The notes: generated by a model from the letters alone, not told the origin. A stretch of DNA of 64,000 bases from Babesia bigemina (GCF_000981445.1 NC_027217.1:992001-1056000), one strand, 5' to 3'. Shown: positions 21,065 through 32,150, counted from the stretch's first letter. Program-made: numbers and translations.

Positions 21065-23695
21065 TTGGTTCAGCACGAGGACTCCGTTTCCGTTGCGTTC
21101 ATCACGATGGGATGGTTCATTGATCGTCACCTCTACTACCTGCATTCGGAGGAATACGTCTCGTTTTTGACGCTGATCCACTTGTGCTGCATGGTCTTGA
21201 CTGGCTATGGCGTCGTGCATCACTCCGCTGACCTGAATGAAATCCAGAACAACGTTTGGGCAATATGTCTGTCGTCGTTTGGTTTCCTGTGCAATCTGTG
21301 CGCAATCAGAGGCGGGCCGAACTTCTTCTACTGGTACCTCCCACTCACGGTGCTCCTGAGTTTGGCGCTCTTCTTCATCCTATCGGCATACCACGGCTTG
21401 TTGATGGTTTATATGGTTCACCTGCCGCTGGTGTCTTTCACGTTGACCGGAGTTCCTTGCATTCTCATGGTGGCAGTAAGCATGGGGGCGCTGGTTCTGG
21501 GAATCGCATTTCACACGGTTCTTGTTTCTGCACTCTACTCGGAGTTTCACGGCCATTCGTCCGGGGGGTTCATGCGGAATGTGACTGCGTGGTTGAGGCC
21601 ACCAACGGCGCGGGGCTTCACAATAGTGATGCTGGACGCGTATATCGTCTTGATTCAGATCGTAATAGGAATATTTTGCTACCAGCGCTATGTGAAGTTA
21701 GGTCAGCTGATTGCCGCATACCGCCTGAACCCAGCAAGATACCTGGGCTCATTCAGCTCCATCGACGAACTCGAGGATGACTTCCTGCCGCCTGAAAACC
21801 CTTCGGCGGACAATAGTGCGACCCCAGTGAAGAAGTTGAGCATCCCCATGCACCACTGCCCTCCAGAAGAAGCCGAAAGTGCGCAGAACTCTGACGCTGA
21901 TTGGTCGAAGTTTGAACAAAGCAATCTGATGCATGGCAAGCGCCGCGTTTCTGTGGAACACATTGAGCCTTTGCACTTCCAGAACCTCATTCGCCATGGG
22001 CCCCCTCACGTCATTTCGGAGTCCGACGGGGCGAACCAAAGCAGCCCCTTTAACATGGACTTGGAGGAGATTAGGAAACACTACAAACCGAAGCCAGGCG
22101 GTTACATCGAGTCGCTGCTGCAATCTCATTACGCTGGTGATGGTTCTCGTAAGAAAGTGACTCTAAACCGCACAGAGCCGGCTGCGGGTGGGAGCCCTGT
22201 CGAATCTACGCCAACCGCGTCTCAGAAGACCCGCAACGTGACGTGGGAGAAGCGGGATTCAACGCAATCAAACGAAATCCCGGTTGTAGAGGAAGATAAA
22301 ACTGACACAGTGATACCGGAACAAGAGGGGCGCGAATACTCCACCGTGCGTTCCGCTGAGTCAGCTACCAAACACCGCTTATCTTTTCAAAGCTCCAAGA
22401 CCACCTTCGCCTCAGGTTCAGTTGATGGAGAACAGGAAAACCGGTCGTATGTCATAACGGCATTGAAAACGTTGCGGCAGTTTTCGCTCTCTTCGCATGG
22501 CGCCATAACACCCGATAATGGCGTCGTGTTCGGGCGCAAGAATGACAGCAAATCGTGGCGCAACTCGTATGACGAGTTGCGTAGTATGACTAGGAGCCTT
22601 CAATTGGACCCGGCGTTATCGTATGGTGCTGAAAAGTCGTTGGCTAACTGCCAGGTGGATGGCATGCGTATAGGCTCGTTTGAAGGCGCCGGCTATACAC
22701 AGCGCACTCACCGGGTGCCGCACGAAGCTGTGCGTTTTCAAGATGGCCACGCGCGGGTGCTCTCGCCTATAAACCTGCGTACTTCTGCGTGTTTGAGTCA
22801 AATGAGCTGGTCGCACTCCGATGCGAGCTTCGCGCACCCGACGACGTCGAATGCAACGCTGAATGCTCTAATTCGGGTGATGCCCAATTGCGGCTATCGT
22901 GTGATTGTGGCCGCTATTCGGATGGTGCATCGCATGAGCAACATACGCGAGTTGATCGCCCACTATACCTGGACTCAGCCACCGAACATGCCAGGCATCA
23001 ACGGCGTTGGATTCTTTGCGCACACGCGTATCGAAAGCTGGTATGTAGACTGGATGCACGAATTCAACATGACCTTCTACAAGTGTACGATCAATGAGAC
23101 GATGCTGATATTCGTGTTGGCGATGTTGTCGGATATCTTGGTGGTCGTGCGCTTGTACAACACATTGGAGGTGGGGCCTGCGGCGGATGATTTCTTTTCC
23201 ACCCTGCGTATAGTGCTTCTAACGCTGCGGTATGTGGCGTACCCGGCGGGTATGATGTTCTCGTTGTGCCACCTAAAGGCAAAGGGGGTCACGAAGAACG
23301 CGGTGTTCTACAATCGGTCCTTGGTGATGCTCTGTTTGGGCAACATGATCTTGACTTTCATCGACTTATGGTCATGCCTCGATATTTTCAAAGCTGGATT
23401 TGCGCTTCATAATTCGCTCTACGCATGCAGTGCGATGACAACGACAAGTTTGATGTTGTTCACCCGCCCTCCGATCCTGCTCGGCCTATTCGGGATTAGC
23501 GTTTTTAGTTACGGGTGTTTACTATATCTGGCTGGGAATACCGTTGGTTGGTGTATTTTGGAGCTGGTTAGCCAGTTGGTGGTTGCGGCAGGTTGTTTGA
23601 TGTTCTTCGTACGCCCGATTGACACAAACAGGCGGAAGCTCTTTTGCCTTTACACACTCCCATATCTTTTTTACCTCGAGGCTATGCGTTCTTGA
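21065..23695 (+). CDS. Hypothetical polytopic membrane protein (two TM bundles around a long hydrophilic loop)
   Basis: 876-aa ORF with about 6 N-terminal and about 6 C-terminal hydrophobic segments. The true start may be the ATG near 21107. Confidence 0.8.
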   Translation: MVQHEDSVSVAFITMGWFIDRHLYYLHSEEYVSFLTLIHLCCMVLTGYGVVHHSADLNEIQNNVWAICLSSFGFLCNLCAIRGGPNFFYWYLPLTVLLSLALFFILSAYHGLLMVYMVHLPLVSFTLTGVPCILMVAVSMGALVLGIAFHTVLVSALYSEFHGHSSGGFMRNVTAWLRPPTARGFTIVMLDAYIVLIQIVIGIFCYQRYVKLGQLIAAYRLNPARYLGSFSSIDELEDDFLPPENPSADNSATPVKKLSIPMHHCPPEEAESAQNSDADWSKFEQSNLMHGKRRVSVEHIEPLHFQNLIRHGPPHVISESDGANQSSPFNMDLEEIRKHYKPKPGGYIESLLQSHYAGDGSRKKVTLNRTEPAAGGSPVESTPTASQKTRNVTWEKRDSTQSNEIPVVEEDKTDTVIPEQEGREYSTVRSAESATKHRLSFQSSKTTFASGSVDGEQENRSYVITALKTLRQFSLSSHGAITPDNGVVFGRKNDSKSWRNSYDELRSMTRSLQLDPALSYGAEKSLANCQVDGMRIGSFEGAGYTQRTHRVPHEAVRFQDGHARVLSPINLRTSACLSQMSWSHSDASFAHPTTSNATLNALIRVMPNCGYRVIVAAIRMVHRMSNIRELIAHYTWTQPPNMPGINGVGFFAHTRIESWYVDWMHEFNMTFYKCTINETMLIFVLAMLSDILVVVRLYNTLEVGPAADDFFSTLRIVLLTLRYVAYPAGMMFSLCHLKAKGVTKNAVFYNRSLVMLCLGNMILTFIDLWSCLDIFKAGFALHNSLYACSAMTTTSLMLFTRPPILLGLFGISVFSYGCLLYLAGNTVGWCILELVSQLVVAAGCLMFFVRPIDTNRRKLFCLYTLPYLFYLEAMRS

Positions 23696-23701
23696 GGCGT
23701 C

Positions 23702-23813
23702 GGTTGGGTACCGGGATATGTGGCGGCGACCCTAGGCCGCCTTCCGACCTAAGTGTGTAGGCTCCGGGCCCTGTCACCTGAAACCTAGGAAGCAAGGGTC
23801 CGATCCTACAGCC
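23702..23813 (+). other. Candidate structured RNA element (closing helix plus three hairpins) just 3' of a stop codon
   Basis: Manual pairing: 23702-06/23809-13, 23713-17/23803-07, 23722-27/23736-41, 23748-51/23758-61 and 23765-72/23795-802 with an inner CCT/AGG stem. G-U pairs favour the + strand. Confidence 0.3.
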
Positions 23814-24148
23814 ATGATGCCCTCGTAAAATGAGAGAGGCACAAAACGTCAATGTACGTATCTATAAGCTCATCGGCGCGCGGTGGAGAGCCGTGGCGTC
23901 GGCTGTTGAGGCACACATGGCGTAGCGAATTAGGCTTCGCCACTCTAAATTTCGCGCGGGGTGCCCGTGCAGGCCTCGTAGTAACATAGTAACATAAAAT
24001 TTTGAATGAGTAACGAACCGTGTCTATCCTGCCTGTTGTGTATAGCCGCGGATTCCTTGCCTTATGCAAGCCTTCCGGTCACTTTGACACGCCGTTCGCC
24101 GGAACTTGGCGTCGTGATCTGTTCGAATGTCGTCTCCTGCAGATTGTG

Positions 24149-24862
24149 ATGATATGGTTCTGCGTCGCCGTGCTTCCCGCGCTATGCACTGCTTTCAGGA
24201 TTCGCACGGCGCCGCGGGCGACACGCTGCTCGCCGTTTGCTCTCGCCGTCTCCAGACATGACATCTACCGGCTGAGGCGCCAGAAAGAGATTCTGGACGC
24301 AATGAACTTCATTCTGTCACGCCGTAAGTTGCGTTCCACAGCAGTTGCTGCGCTCTGTTGTGTCGTCTGTAGCACAACTGATACTTCGTAGAGGACAAGT
24401 TGCCGATTGGACGACACCTGGAGCCAGAAATAGTCGACGGAATGAATGTAATCGAGGTCGCGCTGAATTCAGACTGCTCACATGCGCGGCTGAAGTTGTG
24501 CATCACGGGAGACTCCTTCCAGCAACGGCAGGTACGTGCTGCATCGCGGGGCCCAGAGTTGCCGTTAGGGCTTTTCGTGGCTGTCGAAGAACATTAAGTT
24601 CCTGCGATACCGGCTCGCACAGCTCTTGAGTCACCGCAAGAACGTGCCCACGATCTCTTTCGAGCATCACAACCTGGTGCAACAGGCAGGTAGGCACGGC
24701 CGTTTAGGATCTCAGAATGTTGCAGAGGTATTAATGAAGATGAACGAACACGTGATGCGCCGCACTCTGCGCTCCGACTCAGGTGCGGCTGACGAAGACA
24801 AAAGCAGCGGCAACGACAGCCCTCCGCCTGCAGACGGGCGCAAGGGCTTTCTGCTTGTGTAG
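24149..24862 (+). CDS. rbfA: Apicoplast ribosome-binding factor A, multi-exon
   Basis: Signal peptide MIWFCVAVLPALCTA plus an Arg-rich transit peptide. Spliced core NVIEVALNSDCSHARLKL.ITGD.../GFSWLSKNIKFLRYRLAQLLSHRKNVPTISF fits the RbfA pattern (V..V.LS.D...A+V; LR..LA..L..R..P.L.F). Confidence 0.8.
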
Positions 24863-24987
24863 TAACGGGGCCGATGACAATGCAGCATAGTATAATTAAC
24901 ACTGTTGTAATTAAATATCGCACATTAGACGTGCTGGCGGTGTAACAGCTCGATAGTCGCGGATGCCTGGCTATTATTGGTTCTGGT

Positions 24988-27770
24988 TTATTGCGTGCTT
25001 CGCAAGTCGGATGGAAGGAGTGTCAAGCGCTCGATCACATTAACGACCCAATTCTCCGTGACAACCGTTGTGTCCTCGGGGAGTTCCCCATCAATTATTT
25101 GCGACGGCTCGGTCCCCTCTGGTATTATGCAATGAGTTGCCGCTGCCGCACTGTTCACCATTTTACCTCCGCACAGAGTAATGAGACTCGTGATATCCTC
25201 TAAGCTTAGTTTATTGCCGTTCTGGGGAGCGAACGCCCTTATAGTGCGCATTAAATCCAACGGGCGCATCCGACTAGCACGCAGTGGCCACCTTGGATGC
25301 TCGAATCCTACTTCGGATGGCCATTTCTGCAAGAGCATGTAAAGTGGGCATCGATGCAGCATATAAAGGCACAGATACAACACGCTATGCAGTTAGATAG
25401 CATACATTACGGCTGGCGGCACCTACCTCGTTCTTCTCAGCTTCCTCCAAGTAGTTTGGCGTTAAGATGAACGCTCCGTGGCAGATGGCGTACAGCACCT
25501 TGAGCGTGGGGCGCTGAATTTCCAACGGAGCAATCAGATGTGTCAGACGTTCTTCCTGGGGGTTGTCCAGGTAATCGAAGAACAATTGCCCCTTCTCGTA
25601 ATAAATGACCGCCTTCCTCAGCCTCTGCTCGATATCACCTTGCCTTTTACCCGTGTAGCTAATTAGTAGTGGTCGCTTCGCTTTCTTCGGTTTAGCCGGC
25701 TTTTTGGTTGCTCTTGGTCCCTTTTCCGGTGAATTCGCATTCTCTTTACCCGTCTTGGCACGTTTTGACTGCGGCGATGTCCGAGCATCCACTATGTCGC
25801 TTGTGGCAGGTGAATTTTGTCTCGGTGACCCACTTCCCTTGTCTTCGTCACGGCTGATTAATGTAGCCGTTGTTTTGGTGGGACTCTTATCTGTTCTGGA
25901 GTTGGGATTCATGGAGTTAGTTTCTTCAGTGACAGACAAGTCGGCAGTGTTATGGAATCCCTCGTCACCCTCCGTTGTGCTGGATCTGATGTTCGTAGTA
26001 AAAGCGGCATCTATTATCTCATCGTTGCCCACATCGGATACGGGGGTGACGCTTGCCGCCGTAGAATGTACGGTCTGATGTATCGGTGAATTACGGTCAA
26101 CCGCCACCGTTTCACGAAATCGAAACACAATCTCATTCCTTGCCGAGTCCGCATCCATGTTGTTTTCCATCTTTAAATATCCTGGCACCACTGCGTTATT
26201 GTGTTGACCTGTGTGTCTCCCTGCGTTTGATATTGGCGCACTGTCAGGAATGTCATCGTGTTTTGTCACCGCCGGTGTCTGGAGGGCCCATGTTTCCGTT
26301 ATTTTCGGCATTAACATTTCAGCTACAGGTTCTTGTGTACTTTCGTCAAACATAGGTGTACATTGGCTTTGTGAAGGGGTTATGCCTGTGGTTGTTTGCG
26401 TGACGTATGTACTCGTTTCATCGAAGGGCAGTGATCTGGCACTGTGCCCATTTATAGAAGATGATCTGGTCTCTTGTGACACCTTACCAGTATCTACGAC
26501 TTCATTGTCGGCTGTAGATCCGGTTTCCATCATATCCACGTCTTCGTTTGGTTTGTATTTCCGCAGCACAGCGGTTGCGCTTTTACCCTGTTGCACCATG
26601 TCCCGTGCTGGCAGCGAAGCAATAGCATTGCCATCAGCCACGGATGTTGTGATAATATCAGCATTGCCTCCGGAGTCAGCAAACGAGTGCAAATCCAATT
26701 GTGATCCTTGTTGGCTATTGGTTTCGCCTTCGCTACCAGCGTCATCCTGGTTCACTGCACCTTTAGTTTTCGATCCCGTCATTTTACCCGGCTGCACGTT
26801 ATCGCTAATAGCCGACGCCGAATACAAGGATCTCTTTCGCTTCATTGATTTTAGGGCTCTTAAAGTTCGAGACGTTAATGTTTCGTATTTCGCCGCATCT
26901 GAGCCCGCCTCAACATCTGCTGCCTCATTCCGAAGGGCCATATCTTCCACATGATCCACGCATATGTCGGGTATTGATGTGTCTGTATCAAGATCGCCAA
27001 GTGTTAGGGCAGCACAATAAGTTTCCTGCGTTGTGGACCCCTGCTCTGAAACATTGTTCTGGCTGCATGATGCAGACAAAAGGCCATGTCTGAAACCAAG
27101 CATATTTCCGTTGCTCCGCATGTGCACCAATCTGCTAGCGACTTGAGGAATTCTTGAAACAGTAACATCTTGTTGAGATGAGGCAACCCCATCACTCATG
27201 GCCAAGGACTCGCTCATTGATGGCACGTTGGAAAAGGTGGCACTAAGAAGCAGCTGATCGGTACCTGATACACCTAGATCTCCCACAGTATTATCCGTGG
27301 ACTGACTAGGGGTGTTGTAGCTGCCGCGCCATGATCCAGTACCGAGAGAAGAATTGCGGTTGCTATCTCCGGGCCGCATGGTGAGCCCTGCTCTAATGCG
27401 GTTGGTTCCCAGCAGAATCGACAACCCTGTCGCTTGCCTCGTGTCCACCGAGCTTCTGAATCTGACCAGCTTCGATACCGCATTTTCTAGTAACCTGCTG
27501 TCTGCTTCCCTGAGTAATGCAGTGCCACCCTCCCTGGAATGACGTGATTATGAGCGCTGCACCCACTTACCTAACCGCACCGAGGAGTGAGTTAGCTCGT
27601 TTCTGAGTGGGTATAGGCTACACATGAGTTTCCATTTACCTCCAATAGGTCGGACGCTTCGAGGAATTTCGCGAGGCACAGGTCGTAGTAGGAAGAGGTC
27701 GACGATACACTCCCCTGGCTGTTATCTGCATACGTGTCGGCTCATTCATCACCACCAACAAACCCTTCAT
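24988..27770 (-). CDS. Tandem-BRCT protein with a long SQ/TQ-rich disordered N-terminal region
   Basis: Three short 5' exons (MKDNSQGS...LLE/KRANSLLGAV/REGG...) splice into ORF 25385-27448. C-terminal BRCT pair: LISYTG...LTHLIAP...RPTLKVLYAICHGAFILTPNYL, then LITLCGGKMV...THCII...VVTENWVVNVI. Confidence 0.85.
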
Positions 27771-28019
27771 GGTAGCAAACTGTCTATAACTGTGTGTCTA
27801 TGTACGGATGCGGATGTCGAGGAGCCGCAATACGAGTCTTCTACGGCAAGGAACGAGCCATCGTCCACCAGTCACACAGAGATTAATTTTACTGAGCTTT
27901 GTCATACAATTAAGCTTAATGTTAGAGTGCGATACCGGTGGTTTTGTCCCCCTCGGTTCCACGGTCAAGCAACTATACACACCGCGTAGAACTCGCTCTA
28001 TATGCTGTCAGCTGCACGG

Positions 28020-30035
28020 CTACCAGCCCTCATATATACCAGGAGCGTATTCGCGTTTTGCGGGCCTCGAAGAAGCCTCCGTATGACCCTCTGACGTTTC
28101 CTCTGGATATGTGCGTCGTCGATTCGGGATCTCAGACGGCGGTGTCTGAAGCGTTATCCTGCCGTAGTAGCCACGTCGGAAGTCAGCTAGAATGCGGCTG
28201 GCAGCGGCATTAACATCACCGCCGTGGTGTTTATGGCTGGCTGTTTGGAGGCATTCGTGGCTGAAATCCGCTGGGTGCATCTCCAGAATGCTCGGCGTGT
28301 AATCGAGTCCTATTCGCTTCAGTATCCTGGGCAATTCCACATAGGAACGCTTGCGTTTGTAAACCTCCAGCGCCTGCTCCAGCAGATTCTCCGCAGCCTG
28401 GTCGTTGTCGTACGCCCCCTCGACAATCTGGTTCGCGGCAGCGATGAGCCACACGTTGCGTTCAAGGGGCGCCTGTTTCGCATCGATTCCTGTCTTGCTA
28501 TGCCCTCCATGCACATATGTTTGCGGCAAATTAAAGTACATACTGCCAAGAAGGCGGTTGCGCTTTCGGTCGCTTTTACCCTTTGCTGGTCCGAAGGCCA
28601 TGTTGTAGAGATTCGCAGGGAGAACCCCCGGCGTGTCTATGACGTCTATAATCTTGTGTGCGGCTTCCCTGTATTCTTGCGGGTGGAGCCTAACCAGCCT
28701 AATATCCCTGGTGACTCCAGCAGCGTTGAAACTCCTGGCTTTGTGCCGTCCCAGCAGTCGGTTAATGAGGGCGCTTTTCCCTACGTTGGGCATTCCCAGG
28801 GCGATCGCTCGCAGCGGTCTGGCCGCTAGGCCTCTCCTGGCGCGTCGCTGGTTGACCCTTTGGCACAACTTGTAAATCAGCTTCTTGAGCCTTACAATGC
28901 ACGATATGCCGTTTTTGGCGTCGACGAATATTACCGGCGTGACGGGTTTGCGATTTTGTTCTGGTATGTTCCGGTTAAACTGCTGCGCATCCCAGAAGTT
29001 CTTAATGCGGTAATAGGTGCCCCATTCCTCACTCCCCTTGATTGCTGCGAGATCAGCGTGCGTGAACACGAGCACCTTAGGCTTGTGCGTGAACATGTTG
29101 TTGTAAACGTTGAGCAGAAAGTCAGAATCTGCCACATACGGTATCCGTGCGTCTCGGACGTCTAGAATGACGTCGCACATCTTGATATGTTCCGAGAGCT
29201 CACCCAGGCTCTTGCCGAAGTACCGCGGGAACCAGTGTATTCGTGCCCTACCGACAATCCACTGGTCGCGTAGGCTTTCGTAGTCCATTCTGCTCGGACA
29301 CTGGAATGTAACTGCATCCTTGGAGGCCTGCTTCGTGCCGATTTGTTGCGCCATTGAGGTCGTCTTCATACACTCCCAGACCTTACTGTCGGGTTCGAGA
29401 GTAGACATCGTTAACGAATAGCTGTCAGTGGCTTCCTGTGGAGCGGGTCGCTGTGTGTTGGCAACCTCCTGGCCCTTGTCAAGCGCCTGGAAGAACCCCA
29501 ACTGGTCCAGTTTTTCTTTTGCCTTCTCAGGACGTTCATCAGCGTTGAGTTCTCTGAGGTCCTCGTGGTTCACCGGGTAGTTCACAGTGTAGGGTATCAT
29601 TATACGCTTTGAGCTGTCGTCTGCAGTAACGACATCTCCGTTGCCGTCGCCATAGTCGTCGCCGGAGTTTCGAGTTCCGCAGTCTGAGGTACCGTCAGGT
29701 ACACTAAGGCTGCCGTCTACACTAATATCCAGAAAGGCATCGTTTCCATCACCAATTTGTGCTTCCAGATCGGACTTTCCTCCATCTGCGCGAATGCACG
29801 AGCTGCGCAACGCAGATGTTACGCTGTTTTGGCGGTTGAAGATGCCCGTTGTTTCATCTCCAAAAGTGGTCCTTTTACGATGGTCATCATTACTTAAATA
29901 GTCGTGTGCGTTTGTCTTGGCGGTGAGCAATGTCAGCCTCACGAACGCCGCGTCGAATCGCTGACCTCGGCGGATGCAGTCCGTGAACCTCAGCAGTAGA
30001 ATCAGTAACAATAATGCGCAGCGTCGACTACTCAT
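28020..30035 (-). CDS. rbgA: Apicoplast ribosome biogenesis GTPase RbgA/YlqF (circularly permuted)
   Basis: Signal peptide MSSRRCALLLLILLLRFTDC; IHWFP, DVILDVRDARIP, G4-position THAD, G1 GMPNVGKS, G2 GVTR, G3 DTPG and C-terminal ILADFRRGYYGRITL. Confidence 0.92.
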   Translation of the reverse strand: MSSRRCALLLLILLLRFTDCIRRGQRFDAAFVRLTLLTAKTNAHDYLSNDDHRKRTTFGDETTGIFNRQNSVTSALRSSCIRADGGKSDLEAQIGDGNDAFLDISVDGSLSVPDGTSDCGTRNSGDDYGDGNGDVVTADDSSKRIMIPYTVNYPVNHEDLRELNADERPEKAKEKLDQLGFFQALDKGQEVANTQRPAPQEATDSYSLTMSTLEPDSKVWECMKTTSMAQQIGTKQASKDAVTFQCPSRMDYESLRDQWIVGRARIHWFPRYFGKSLGELSEHIKMCDVILDVRDARIPYVADSDFLLNVYNNMFTHKPKVLVFTHADLAAIKGSEEWGTYYRIKNFWDAQQFNRNIPEQNRKPVTPVIFVDAKNGISCIVRLKKLIYKLCQRVNQRRARRGLAARPLRAIALGMPNVGKSALINRLLGRHKARSFNAAGVTRDIRLVRLHPQEYREAAHKIIDVIDTPGVLPANLYNMAFGPAKGKSDRKRNRLLGSMYFNLPQTYVHGGHSKTGIDAKQAPLERNVWLIAAANQIVEGAYDNDQAAENLLEQALEVYKRKRSYVELPRILKRIGLDYTPSILEMHPADFSHECLQTASHKHHGGDVNAAASRILADFRRGYYGRITLQTPPSEIPNRRRTYPEETSEGHTEASSRPAKREYAPGIYEGW

Positions 30036-30628
30036 CCGGCGTGTGTGGATGTTGCTCAGGTGGTCTTTCGTTGGGGTCTCTCGGGGGCTGCAGAGATTAT
30101 TAGGCTGTTACTGCTGCGAGCTCATGCATGTATGACACTGTCGAGATCGCACTTGGGAAGCGACAGGCGCATAAAACGGTATTGAAAGTCACATATGCCA
30201 GACTATTACAGCACTGACAGGACACAAACTTGATGCACTACTGCTAGCGGCGACGGTGTTTACCGTAACCTACGACGATGTCCAGCCGCGCCCGCTCCGC
30301 CTATCGGAATGAAGGAAACGTTGTCAAGCACGTATTCGCATAGTTCAGTGTATATGGACGTGTATGGGTGCTTACGACGTACATTCGGTGGGTTCTTCCG
30401 CAACACGCACTTCCTAAAGAAGAGGCTACCGCACATGGCCCCCGAGAATCCGGCGAAACATATGAAGATCCAAGGCTTGAACGGCAACGCGAAACGGATG
30501 GGTGCCGCCCGGCTGTCGAAAACAACGCCTGCGTTTTTAGGCTGCGCTGCTGTCAGATCGGTGCAATGGACGCTTACCGGCACGATCTTGTGTTGCTCGT
30601 GGCCCGCGAACCTCGCGGGAGATAGCAT
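30028..30628 (-). CDS. Small single-pass membrane protein, multi-exon, possibly mitochondrial
   Basis: MLSPARFAGHEQHKIVP/PKNAGVVFDSRAAPIRFALPFKPWIFICFAGFSGAMCGSLFFRKCVLRKNPPN/ with GT-AG introns. Predicted last exon 30087-30028 after a CTGCAG acceptor reads PPRDPNERPPEQHPHTPDE*. Confidence 0.6.
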
Positions 30629-30832
30629 CTCTACCGATTTGAGATTTCTAACATATACTTGTGCGATGTCCGTGCCCCAAAAGGCCTCGCTGGCGTCGCG
30701 GTAGTGCCTACCTCCCGCCCTGCTGGTCGCGATGTGTGGCGATCACCCCGGCTAATTTAGTGGAAAGACTGCTATTTATTGCGATTTAGTTTGGGCTATT
30801 TGTGGTGCAGAAGGCTGTGCTGTGTCTTTGGC

Positions 30833-31771
30833 CTACGCTGCGACGGCTTGAGCTCTGGTGGATGTCTTCTTGCGTTCCCGCCCTGAGGGGGTGTGAGACC
30901 AAAACCGAACGGGCTTACCCAGCGGGAGAACATGTTTCATAGAGAACGCATCCTCCTTGTCTTGGAAATACTCTCTTATGACTTCGTCCACGCTGCACGT
31001 TGTTAAAGTTCGCCTCAGGGTCACGCAGCCGTCTCCCCGGCTAACGTTGCACAAAAATGTTCCGCAATACAACAAATCACGCACGGCGCAGTACAAGCGA
31101 GATGTGCTCTTTCACGAACTGTGTAACATATACGAATTGTGTCAGCCTTTGCAATTTGGCGTTGGAACGCATCATGCGATGGGCGTTCAAACAGCAGCAA
31201 GGCAGACGTGTTATGGGCGTCGTGTAATACTATCCCATGCACAACAAATCGCCAATCCACCAATAACGCGGTATGCAGTAGGAAATTTGTGAACTTCATC
31301 GACATTGTGGATGCTCACCTGTATCCCAGTTTGTGCTTGTACAAGGTGTGGGCGGCCCAATTACTAACGCGCACAAACAGGTACACTGCCTCGCACAAAT
31401 ACACCGCATCCATGGATGCATCTAGTAGCAGTAATCACCTTGCGCATTTTAACGTACGCCCTTGCTTAATAACATTGTTAGCTATTCCCATAGACCGGTA
31501 AGACCTCAGCACGCCAACCGATGTGAGATGGCCAGCCCTTTCGATCTCATCCTCCCTACAACGTATAGACACTATTCAGCGCTACCTACAGTTTTGCCAT
31601 GGCATAGCCGCAGACGTTGCCGTTGGGTCCTACAGCGACATGGGTCAGCTGCGGCCACGTGAGAAGGTGGTAGAAATAGTAATCCATCTTGTAGTTCTCC
31701 ATGAGGTTGACAAGGTTGCAATCCAATGTGCCGACGAGGTCGTACATGGTGGCGCGTCGGAGAGTCAGCAT
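30833..31771 (-). CDS. NAA10: N-terminal acetyltransferase A catalytic subunit ARD1/NAA10, multi-exon
   Basis: CNLVNLMENYKMDYYFYHLLTWPQL, GYAMAKL, GHLTSVGVLRSYRSMGIA, LFVRVSNWAAHTLY and EYFQDKEDAFSM. Confidence 0.93.
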
Positions 31772-32150
31772 CTTGGTTGGTAATGTTCAGGAACGATACA
31801 AATTTATGGCGCTCGCAGGATCACTCGCGAATGTCACTACGAATTCCATTCATTTATAACGTGTGTCCAATCTCTATGCGCCAAAAAGAGAACAAGACGA
31901 TATCGAAAACCTGATGCACATCACTGGTTGCGGTTAAGCCACCCTCCAAAGTCAAGAGCCAGTTAGACACTAAACTATTCGTATATTCAAATGTAAACAA
32001 TAGACGCGCTTAAATGGAACAGACTGTGGCTGGAGCGTGGATACATGGCTAAGAATCCACCGCCGACGGTCGCGCGGGGAGAGGGAGAACAACCACGTAG
32101 CTACGAACTACTTCAGTCTTTTATCATGATTAAAAACGGTGATGTCGTTT

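Noticed and set aside
23702..23813. Identification of the fold as a tRNA, SECIS, hammerhead or HDV ribozyme, or telomerase RNA
   Set aside because: It lacks the T-loop/D-loop consensus, the SECIS AUGA/GA core, the CUGANGA core and the HDV nested pseudoknot. CCTGAAACCT is not a convincing telomere template. Kept only as an unassigned structure.
4588..30035. Bacterial-type genes (clpP, rbfA, rbgA) as contamination or recent horizontal transfer
   Set aside because: All have signal and transit-like leaders, and clpP and rbfA have spliceosomal introns. They are ordinary nucleus-encoded apicoplast proteins.
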